A stretch of DNA of 36,743 bases from an uncultured virus (IMG/VR IMGVR_UViG_3300044730_000954). Taxonomy: Duplodnaviria > Heunggongvirae > Uroviricota > Caudoviricetes. The translations under genes and the position numbers were made by a program. The notes beneath the pieces were generated by a model. The model was not told where the DNA came from. It did not search any database and was given only the letters and a program-made list of their open reading frames with translations. Where the stretch lies: IMG/VR virus record IMGVR_UViG_3300044730_000954; one strand, written 5' to 3'. Shown here one piece after another: positions 17,583-24,677 of the stretch (the first letter of the stretch is position 1; every line of letters begins with the position of its first letter).

Positions 17583-18021
17583 TGAAACTGTGGTACCAGC
17601 CCACTACAACCCTAATCAAATCGTGACTTATAAAGTTATTGATTCTGATTCAACAGACCAAACAAACTGGTACCCCACAGTAAAGGTTAGCGACCTTGAA
17701 TATGAATTGCACCAACACCGCAGAGAAAGACGGGAACTTAATAGATACACTCAGCATGTAGGCATGTTAGAAAGTCGTCTTCCTGATTATCTTGATATGG
17801 ATTCAGAGGAGATAGTTGCAGACATATGCAGTATCTTTGGATTTAATCCTACCAAGGAAATTCAATTTGAGGCTACCGCCACAATTACAGGAACAATATC
17901 AGTTCCGTTAGATGAAGTTGCTAACTTTGATGTCAGTGATATTGACTTAAATGTTTATGCTGAACTAAATTCATATGACGGAGATGTAGATGTTGAGATA
18001 GATAATATCTATAAAGCGTGA
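17569..18021 (+). CDS. Hypothetical acidic protein
   Basis: 150 aa; overlaps the upstream gene. Confidence 0.8.
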   Translation: METTNETVVPAHYNPNQIVTYKVIDSDSTDQTNWYPTVKVSDLEYELHQHRRERRELNRYTQHVGMLESRLPDYLDMDSEEIVADICSIFGFNPTKEIQFEATATITGTISVPLDEVANFDVSDIDLNVYAELNSYDGDVDVEIDNIYKA

Positions 18022-18035
18022 TAGTGGGGCTATCC

Positions 18036-18063
18036 AGGACCTGAGCACGTCCTAAAACTGCTC
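18036..18063 (+). ncRNA. Pseudoknot motif copy 4
   Basis: AGGAC-CTGAGCA-C-GTCCT-aaaac-TGCTC. Confidence 0.75.
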
Positions 18064-18145
18064 CACAAAAATCCCGGGCACATTTTTTGATCTTTGTCAA
18101 GCTTTAAGAGAATGTCCGATTTATCCCGATTCTTGCTAGTATAGT

Positions 18146-18174
18146 TTGACTTTGTCGGTTATGTCTGCTAAGAT
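18146..18174 (+). promoter_or_regulatory. Promoter TTGACT-17-TAAGAT with TGTCGG spacer motif
   Basis: ttgactttgtcggttatgtctgctaagat. Confidence 0.75.
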
Positions 18175-18205
18175 TGATTCTAAATGGCTATAGAAAGGAA
18201 AAAAA

Positions 18206-19222
18206 ATGGCTCATGAATTAGAAACGCAAAATGGCGTTGCTTCATTCGCATCATTCCGTGAACCTGCTTGGCATGGTCTAGGCACAGTATTCACAGAAGA
18301 AAAAACTACGGCAGAAATGCTCGCTGCTGCTAATCTAAATAATTGGAATGTTAGATTAGAAGATGTAAATATTCCATCACACCTTGTCTCAGATAAGGCT
18401 TACCAATATGTTGTTAGGACAAATCCTACAAATAACACTCAGACAGATGTTCTTGGTGTTGTAGGCGAACGATATGTTCCACTACAAAATGAAGAATTAT
18501 TCTCATTCGGTGATAATATCCTAGACGGCGGAGGTCGTTGGGAAACTGCTGGCTCAATTCGTGGAGGTCGTGTTGTATTCGGCTCTCTTGCTCTTGAGCG
18601 TGAAACTGTATTAGACCCTAGCGGTGTTGCTGATAAGGTAAAGACTTATTTGCTTATCAATACATCACATGATGGCTCTATTGCTATTCAAGCGTCAATC
18701 ACACCTGTTCGTGTTGTATGTGCTAACACTCTTAACCTTGCTCTAGGTGGCAGAAAGAAGAAAGACGGCGTAAAGCAATCTTTCAAGATTCGTCATACTC
18801 AGACAGCACAGGGTAAAGTACAAATTGCTCGTACTGCTCTTGGTCTTGCTAATGCTTACATGGACGAGTTTGATAAACTTGCTCATGCTATGATTCAGAA
18901 AGAAATCACTGCTGGTCAATTCAATGAGATTATTCTCGCTGCTTATCCTAAGCCTGAAAAGGATTCTAAGGGTTCAATCAAAAAGTGGGCAAATAAAGTT
19001 GATGTTATCAACGATATTTATACAGGTGAATTCAATGGCATGATTGCTGGCTCTGCTTGGGGCGCTTTCAATGCTCTAACTGAACGCCTTGATTGGCACC
19101 GCTCTGCTCGTGGAGATAATAACGAATCTCTACTTGCTGCTGCTTCTGGTTTTGATGCGACAATTACCGCAGAAAAAAATCGTTTGCTAAAAGTAGTAAA
19201 GGATGTTCTAGCGATTGCGTAA
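18206..19222 (+). CDS. DUF932 / TIGR03299 family phage-plasmid protein
   Basis: MAHE...PAWHGLG, ETAGSIRGGRVVF, NTSHDGS, TPVRVVCANTL and IRHT. Confidence 0.9.
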   Translation: MAHELETQNGVASFASFREPAWHGLGTVFTEEKTTAEMLAAANLNNWNVRLEDVNIPSHLVSDKAYQYVVRTNPTNNTQTDVLGVVGERYVPLQNEELFSFGDNILDGGGRWETAGSIRGGRVVFGSLALERETVLDPSGVADKVKTYLLINTSHDGSIAIQASITPVRVVCANTLNLALGGRKKKDGVKQSFKIRHTQTAQGKVQIARTALGLANAYMDEFDKLAHAMIQKEITAGQFNEIILAAYPKPEKDSKGSIKKWANKVDVINDIYTGEFNGMIAGSAWGAFNALTERLDWHRSARGDNNESLLAAASGFDATITAEKNRLLKVVKDVLAIA

Positions 19223-19231
19223 GTAATCGCA

Positions 19232-19259
19232 ACTCCTGAGCAAGAGTATAAACTGCTCA
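19232..19259 (+). ncRNA. Pseudoknot motif copy 5 (about 10 nt upstream of tRNA-Asp)
   Basis: ACTC-CTGAGCA-A-GAGT-ataaac-TGCTCA. Confidence 0.75.
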
Positions 19260-19268
19260 ATTTTTTTT

Positions 19269-19343
19269 GGTGCGTTAGATTAGTTTGGTTAAATCGTTAG
19301 CTTGTCACGCTAGAGATCATGGGTTCAAATCCCATACGCATCG
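19269..19343 (+). tRNA. tRNA-Asp (GUC)
   Basis: Acceptor GGTGCGT/ACGCATC, anticodon arm TTAGC-TTGTCAC-GCTAG, T arm ATGGG-TTCAAAT-CCCAT, G discriminator; CCA not encoded. Confidence 0.9.
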
Positions 19344-19476
19344 CAAAAAATCCCCCGGGGTGTCCGTTTTGTACCTTTTACGTAACTAAATTGTATTTCT
19401 TGAAATCTTTTATTAAGAGGGACTTGATTTTTTCCCAGTTTTTTGCTAAAATTTATTTACCACAGAAAGGGTATAT

Positions 19477-19638
19477 ATGTTAGGTTATACAAGATATGAT
19501 ATAGAAAAAATGATTGCATCAATAGATATTGCTATTATCTATTTAGAGGATCATGTAAGTAAAGAAGCATTGGCTATGAAGGGATTAGCAGATACCGCTA
19601 GTTTATTAGAAGGTTTAATTGCTGAAGGTCATGTTTGA
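19477..19638 (+). CDS. Hypothetical protein (53 aa)
   Basis: MLGYTRYDIEKMIASI...LEGLIAEGHV behind CAGAAAGGG. Confidence 0.7.
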   Translation: MLGYTRYDIEKMIASIDIAIIYLEDHVSKEALAMKGLADTASLLEGLIAEGHV

Positions 19639-19688
19639 CATACCCTGCCATTTTTGCTAGAATAATATCACCAACAGAAAGGACCCCC

Positions 19689-20429
19689 ATGCCAAATTGG
19701 GTATATAACACCTTGACAATTCAAGGACCAAAAGAGCAAGTTGATTCTATAAAAGATAGGCTCAATGCTCCATATAAGAAAACATTTGAGAATTGGAATA
19801 TGCAATCTCAACAAATGGAATTCAAGGAATATGAATTCTCTAATCCTGTCTTTGCATTTCATAATATATATAATCATTTGCAGGACGGTGTCTCAGATGA
19901 GACATATCATTTGCAGAAAGACCCAAACGAGAATTCTGAATATATGTTCTCAGGTAATAACTGGTATTCATGGAATGTCCGTAATTGGGGAACTAAATGG
20001 GATGTTGCTGTTCATAATGACGATAAGTATCCTGATACTTCTTTGCTAGAACATATGTCTAATGGTGAGGACCAATGGGTTGTATATTCATTCAATACCG
20101 CTTGGTCGCCGCCTGTGCCTGCTATGGAGAAGTTGTCTGCCCTTGTGCCTAACTGTGTAATTACTCTTACATATCAAGAGGAACAAGGTTGGGGTGGGGA
20201 AGTAGAATTTGTCAATGGAAAGATGACTGCTGAATCTAATTATGAATCTCAGTGCAGAGATTGTGATGCAATTGACTGCATGGATTATTGTGATAATGAT
20301 TGTGGCGAAATATGTAATGAATGTCACTATCTAGGCGAGGCAGACCTAGAGTGTGTTGCGGAATGCGATATACATAAAGTATACTTGGACGACGACCATG
20401 TTCCAGAATACAGAAGGGTAAAATCATAA
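19689..20429 (+). CDS. DUF1281/YubB (Api92-like) ferredoxin-like domain protein with Cys-rich C-terminal extension
   Basis: MPNWVYNTLTI, WYSWNVRNWGTKWD, FNTAWSPP, and multiple CxxC motifs at the C-terminus. Confidence 0.85.
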   Translation: MPNWVYNTLTIQGPKEQVDSIKDRLNAPYKKTFENWNMQSQQMEFKEYEFSNPVFAFHNIYNHLQDGVSDETYHLQKDPNENSEYMFSGNNWYSWNVRNWGTKWDVAVHNDDKYPDTSLLEHMSNGEDQWVVYSFNTAWSPPVPAMEKLSALVPNCVITLTYQEEQGWGGEVEFVNGKMTAESNYESQCRDCDAIDCMDYCDNDCGEICNECHYLGEADLECVAECDIHKVYLDDDHVPEYRRVKS

Positions 20430-20647
20430 TGGAATCAGAATACATAGCACGTAAAACTAAACTAATAGAATATACCAAAATACATATTATTAGTTTAGAA
20501 CAAGACCTTGAAGGGATTGCTTCAGAAATGGAGTTGCTAGACCCTGCCTCTAAGGACTATAATGAGTTAGACTTTGAATATAATCATATGTCAGGGCAGA
20601 TTCTTTCTGCTCGTTACCTTTTGAAAACAATGGAGGAAATGCTGTGA
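20429..20647 (+). CDS. Hypothetical protein
   Basis: Translationally coupled ORF. Confidence 0.75.
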   Translation: MESEYIARKTKLIEYTKIHIISLEQDLEGIASEMELLDPASKDYNELDFEYNHMSGQILSARYLLKTMEEML

Positions 20648-20919
20648 TTGACCCATACCCGCTAGAAATACAACCACATCTGCAGAGGCAGATTGACGCA
20701 GGCTCTTCAGCCCTTGATATCATGCATGGGCACCTGAAGGAACTTCTATACGAAGCAGAGCAAGAACTGGAGAATGCACAACGTGTAGAGGACGAGACTG
20801 AAGAGGCAATGGATTCCATGGAGCGGCGGTACTGGGAAGGACAAGTAGACGCTCTATCTTATCTATATAGTCTTACATACCAACTATCATTTGAATATGC
20901 AGAAAGGGAAAGCAAATGA
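20644..20919 (+). CDS. Hypothetical protein
   Basis: GTGA overlap; MERRYWEGQVDAL. Confidence 0.75.
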   Translation: MIDPYPLEIQPHLQRQIDAGSSALDIMHGHLKELLYEAEQELENAQRVEDETEEAMDSMERRYWEGQVDALSYLYSLTYQLSFEYAERESK

Positions 20920-21284
20920 GTTTAGATCTACAAGAACAAACACGTAGGGACGATGTATATCGTGACCTAAATGATATCTTAGATAGGGTTACTAAACTTC
21001 CTGTCTTCCCATCATTAATGTGGGTATGGGCCTTTGATATCATGAAAGAGATATTTGAGAACTATCAGATGAAGGACCTTGCTGTAAATGATTATGTTGA
21101 TGAGGCTGTGCCTGAAGGCATAACTTTAAAACAAATCTTTGATAAGTTCTGGGAAGATGTAGACGGTTTCGGTCTTAGCATGGATTCGGGCGGGGACATC
21201 ATAGAAGAGACAATCAGAGATTGGATGAGAGATAACAATTTTCTTGTATCCCTGGAAGATGACGGGTGGCTGAACGATGTATGA
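20916..21284 (+). CDS. Hypothetical protein
   Basis: ATGA overlap; CAGAAAGGGA RBS. Confidence 0.8.
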   Translation: MSLDLQEQTRRDDVYRDLNDILDRVTKLPVFPSLMWVWAFDIMKEIFENYQMKDLAVNDYVDEAVPEGITLKQIFDKFWEDVDGFGLSMDSGGDIIEETIRDWMRDNNFLVSLEDDGWLNDV

Positions 21285-21343
21285 GCAGTTGACATTGCCA
21301 TTAGATTTTGATATGATTGAACAAACTATAGAAAGGAAATACC

Positions 21344-21706
21344 ATGGGAGATAGAGTTGTATTTAGTATAAAACAGGATAAGGACTTGTCTGTTAACCTT
21401 TATAGTCATTGGGGTGGCTATGATAGATTTGTTGCCCTTGCTGCTGCACTGAAGGCTGCAGAGCCACGCTGGAATGACATGTCGTATTGCACACGTATCA
21501 TTGTGAGCCAGTTGATTGGGGACCAGTGGGCTGAAGAGACAGGCTTTGGTTTGTGGGCCAGTAACAGTGACGGGGCATATGGAGGAGACCATCCTGATAT
21601 CACTATTGATTTAGAAAATAAAACAGTTATAGATGAAACAGGAACACATTCATTTACCAGTTTTATTGAATACCATATGTTAAAAGAAGCATATTTAAAT
21701 TCTTAA
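21344..21706 (+). CDS. Conserved phage hypothetical protein (MGDR...LYSHWGG)
   Basis: AGAAAGGA RBS; recognisable motif. Confidence 0.8.
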   Translation: MGDRVVFSIKQDKDLSVNLYSHWGGYDRFVALAAALKAAEPRWNDMSYCTRIIVSQLIGDQWAEETGFGLWASNSDGAYGGDHPDITIDLENKTVIDETGTHSFTSFIEYHMLKEAYLNS

Positions 21707-21809
21707 CTGAGGGTCTGAAGTGGTGACTCAGGCCGTTACGTGAGAATGAGGGGTCATCTCACGAATATAAGGGGTAGAGCGCAGGTTTTGGTAGGGCTTG
21801 CGCTCCCCC
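21707..21809. ncRNA. Three consecutive GC-rich hairpins (structured RNA candidate)
   Basis: CTGAG..CTCAG; CGTGAGA..TCTCACG; GGGG-ta-GAGCGCAGG..CTTGCGCTC-CCCC. Confidence 0.45.
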
Positions 21810-21836
21810 AACATCTTTGATACAATGAAAGGGACT

Positions 21837-22076
21837 ATGGCTATCAGACGAGGACTAAGATTACCGCCTTCTAAAGAAGAGAAGGTGGCTATTTCTATTG
21901 GCAAATTATTATCCGATTATTCATTAGATTTAGAATCAGTAGGTAGGTATCTTGCTACGGCACAACCTTATGTCGTTTATCGCAGGGCAGTAGAAGTATT
22001 AGAAGCAACAGAGTATAATAAAGAAGTAGCAGAATATAGAGAAATGGGTAAATACTATGGCGACGGACTTTTCTAA
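21837..22076 (+). CDS. Hypothetical protein
   Basis: Start MAIRR behind GAAAGGGA. Confidence 0.7.
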   Translation: MAIRRGLRLPPSKEEKVAISIGKLLSDYSLDLESVGRYLATAQPYVVYRRAVEVLEATEYNKEVAEYREMGKYYGDGLF

Positions 22077-22329
22077 TATATCAGAGATATTAGCAAAGCT
22101 TTATATACAATACAGAGATGATAGCACGTTCTCTGATTTTATTGAATATAATGATGTTGGATTGCCGCTTGCTTACCTTACCGCCGAAAATCTATGCGAG
22201 CCCAGTGACGATGGACGACGGTATGTAATAGAAACATGGGATCTATTTTTATCTGCACTAGAAATAAAAGATACAGGATATACATCTTTAGAAGAAATAT
22301 TTCAGGCAGCAGGAAATAAAGATACTTGA
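22057..22329 (+). CDS. Hypothetical protein
   Basis: FIEYNDVGLPLAY; 90 aa. Confidence 0.75.
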   Translation: MATDFSNISEILAKLYIQYRDDSTFSDFIEYNDVGLPLAYLTAENLCEPSDDGRRYVIETWDLFLSALEIKDTGYTSLEEIFQAAGNKDT

Positions 22330-22354
22330 CAATGGCATTGTATTTTGCTACAAT
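22326..22354 (+). promoter_or_regulatory. Consensus promoter TTGACA-17-TACAAT
   Basis: ttgacaatggcattgtattttgctacaat, including an extended TG. Confidence 0.85.
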
Positions 22355-22360
22355 AGATTT

Positions 22361-22458
22361 ACCAAGAGGCAGGAATTCTTAGGACGAGGGGATTTATCCG
22401 CTTCTGACATGGGACTAACACTCTCTTGGTCGCCCTGAGCATGGCGTAAAACTGCTCA
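22361..22458 (+). ncRNA. Small RNA candidate A: closing stem ACCAAGAG/CTCTTGGT plus 3' pseudoknot motif copy 6
   Basis: Begins 7 nt after the -10, has no convincing ORF, and ends in CGCC-CTGAGCA-T-GGCG-taaaac-TGCTCA. Confidence 0.7.
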
Positions 22459-23094
22459 TAATATTTTGCCCCGGGTCAAATCATATCAAATCGGACATTT
22501 ACGACAAACATAAATATTTCCCAAAATTTTATTAAGAAGCCTTTTCAAAAAATCCCAGAAAGTTTTGTTATATAATTGTTATATGCCTAAAAGATATTTT
22601 TCAAAAGCTATGTTTGATAAACATTATTCATATCATCATTATGATGAATCACCAGAAGGTATATTTGAATATAAGGTATATAGGGGATTACGAAGTATCT
22701 TTTCTATACCCCGATTTTTTTGGCGGCGGCTGCGGCGGCGGTAGCGGCGGGGCATAAAAAAGATTACGATCATTACAAATTATCCCCATATAAAACATTA
22801 CGAACATATCAAATTTTTCCTGGATATTTTCAAATATTTTCCATATGTTTTATAACTTTTTGTTATACTTTTAAAACATTTTTGGGCAAAATTATAACAT
22901 TTTAATATCAATATTTGAGACAATATTGCCCATATATTGGACTTGACAAATAGAATTTTATATGGTAATGGTTTGGGAACTGGGTTGGTTTGAACTGGAC
23001 ATTACGAACGCCTCTGTAAAAGATGCTTCATCCCCCACTTTCCTCCATTTTCCTCCACAAAATTAATAAGAAAATATTATCAGTAAGATTTATT

Positions 23095-23146
23095 TGTGGA
23101 TATCTTGTGTATAAACCTGTGGATAACTATATTAAATTGTGGACAA
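23095..23146 (-). promoter_or_regulatory. Cluster of four co-oriented DnaA-box-like 9-mers
   Basis: TGTGGATAT 23095, TGTGTATAA 23106, TGTGGATAA 23118 and TGTGGACAA 23138. Confidence 0.65.
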
Positions 23147-23174
23147 ATAGGGGTATTTATGATACAATGTTTAT

Positions 23175-23375
23175 ATGCCTAGCCAAGAAACTAAATGGTA
23201 TAAAGATATAAAGTTGATAGAAGCTTTGGACAAAATGCGCCAAGCTAATTTAGATTTTATGTCTAAATGTTATTTTTGTGGCGCTAAGTCCATAGGTATA
23301 AAGGCTATAGAAGAAAAGTTATTTTCTGTATGTTCTGATCATGAATTTAACGGGGTATCAGGAAAATCCGTATAA
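23175..23375 (+). CDS. Small zinc-finger-like protein
   Basis: CYFCG...VCSDH; leaderless geometry. Confidence 0.65.
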   Translation: MPSQETKWYKDIKLIEALDKMRQANLDFMSKCYFCGAKSIGIKAIEEKLFSVCSDHEFNGVSGKSV

Positions 23376-23539
23376 TCCCCATATGCTTCTTCACATAATG
23401 GGCAATATGAATTAACATTTCTGGTCTTATCTAAACTAACCAGCAATAATCCTTTATCCTGCATATCTAATATCTCTGGATCTAATCTACCATGTACTAT
23501 AGGTATTAGTTTAGTCTTACATGTTATACAGTTAAGCAT
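23339..23539 (-). CDS. Small zinc-ribbon protein
   Basis: CITC..LIPIVHG...YCPLC; leaderless geometry. Confidence 0.7.
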   Translation of the reverse strand: MLNCITCKTKLIPIVHGRLDPEILDMQDKGLLLVSLDKTRNVNSYCPLCEEAYGDYTDFPDTPLNS

Positions 23540-23566
23540 GAGATTATTATACTATACCGCCCCTGT

Positions 23567-23595
23567 TTGACATACCCCCAACATTTTGCTATACT
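23567..23595 (+). promoter_or_regulatory. Consensus promoter TTGACA-17-TATACT
   Basis: TTGACA at 23567, 17-bp spacer ending in TGC, TATACT at 23590. Confidence 0.85.
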
Positions 23596-23601
23596 TATAT
23601 C

Positions 23602-23736
23602 TAGAAGGCAAGAACGGTTAGTTACCCTTAAATGGGAGAACATGGCCGTAACTCTTCTCATCGCTCCCTTTCTGGCGATGAAGTCGTCCCTCCCTTTCTG
23701 GGGATGCGCTCCTGGGCATGAGCGATAAACTGCCCA
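23602..23736 (+). ncRNA. Small RNA candidate B: 5' stem-loop, two hairpins with identical UCCCUUUCUG loops, and 3' pseudoknot motif copy 7
   Basis: CATCGC-TCCCTTTCTG-GCGATG; CGTCCC-TCCCTTTCTG-GGGATG; CGCTC-CTGGGCA-T-GAGCG-ataaac-TGCCCA. Confidence 0.75.
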
Positions 23737-23969
23737 CTTTCTGTTGTATAATATCTTATGCCTCCAACTCATCTACATGGATATCAAATCTTTAAATTAG
23801 ATAAAAAAACGTTATATTCTTGTACTAGATGTGGATGGGAAAGGATAGTAGATGAAACAGATTACGAACGAGATATTTCCTATTCAACGTGATGTAGATG
23901 ATCACATTGATGATTTTGATAAATACGACATTATTTGACTTCCCCGCCCATTTGTGAGATACTGGGAAG

Positions 23970-24677
23970 ATGCCAGGTTTTATATCTAATTCAGCATACG
24001 GCGAAGATGCCATGCTATATGGTCTAATGGATAGACTAAAATCAATTAGTCATATTGATACATTTGCAAAACAAAGCTATATAGACATTGGATGTTTTCA
24101 TCCTGTTATAGATAATAATACTTATTTTTTGTATACCCTCGGTTGGAGGGGAACACTTGTTGATCCAAATCCAATAATTAAAGATGAAGTTGCAAAGCAT
24201 AGATATCTAGACCAGTACCTTCAGGTTGCAGTTGATGTTGAGGCAGGAACAAGAGAGTTATATATGTTTGGCGATACCAGTTCAATCAATACTCTAGATA
24301 AAGAGTTTTCAGAAAGACTTGCCACAGCAGGACAATTACAAATGCAAAAATCAATTAGCGTAGAATGTATTACGATGGATGAAATTTTTTCCAGACACAT
24401 GCAGAAGCATAACTATCCTCCAATTATTCTTAATATAGATATTGAGGGATTAGATTACGATGTCATTACTTCTTATTCCTTTCAGTACCGCCCATTGTTT
24501 ATCCTCATTGAGGATGATATTTTGGGCAGCTTTGAAGGTTCAAGATTAAAGACGCTAATGGAAAGCAAAGATTATAAAATAGTGTCTTCAAATTTCATTA
24601 CAGGTATTTATATGGACACCACTTCTCCTCTATATAAAGACTTGAAAAAAGTTGGCTATTATGATAGGATTGATTAA
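23970..24677 (+). CDS. FkbM-family SAM-dependent methyltransferase
   Basis: YGED, YIDIGCFHP..NNTY.LY..GWRG..VDPNP, and LNIDIEGLD. Confidence 0.9.
   Translation: MPGFISNSAYGEDAMLYGLMDRLKSISHIDTFAKQSYIDIGCFHPVIDNNTYFLYTLGWRGTLVDPNPIIKDEVAKHRYLDQYLQVAVDVEAGTRELYMFGDTSSINTLDKEFSERLATAGQLQMQKSISVECITMDEIFSRHMQKHNYPPIILNIDIEGLDYDVITSYSFQYRPLFILIEDDILGSFEGSRLKTLMESKDYKIVSSNFITGIYMDTTSPLYKDLKKVGYYDRID

Noticed and set aside
22361..22430. tRNA or pseudo-tRNA
   Set aside because: It has a closing stem of tRNA-like span, but no TTC T-loop or canonical D and anticodon arms.
22720..22905. ORF with poly-Ala N-terminus
   Set aside because: It arises from the GCG microsatellite with a TTG start, has no RBS, and the remainder is low-complexity.
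23023..23211. 62-aa ORF over the DnaA boxes
   Set aside because: No RBS; its PVDN/LWT words simply reflect DnaA-box sequence.
16411..23736. CTGAGCA motif as a hammerhead ribozyme or CRISPR-like repeat
   Set aside because: It lacks the CUGAnGA...GAAA three-stem core, and the copies are dispersed with variable P1 rather than regularly spaced identical repeats.
23524..23772. 82-aa minus-strand ORF
   Set aside because: It is antisense to a consensus promoter and the structured RNA, with non-protein-like composition.
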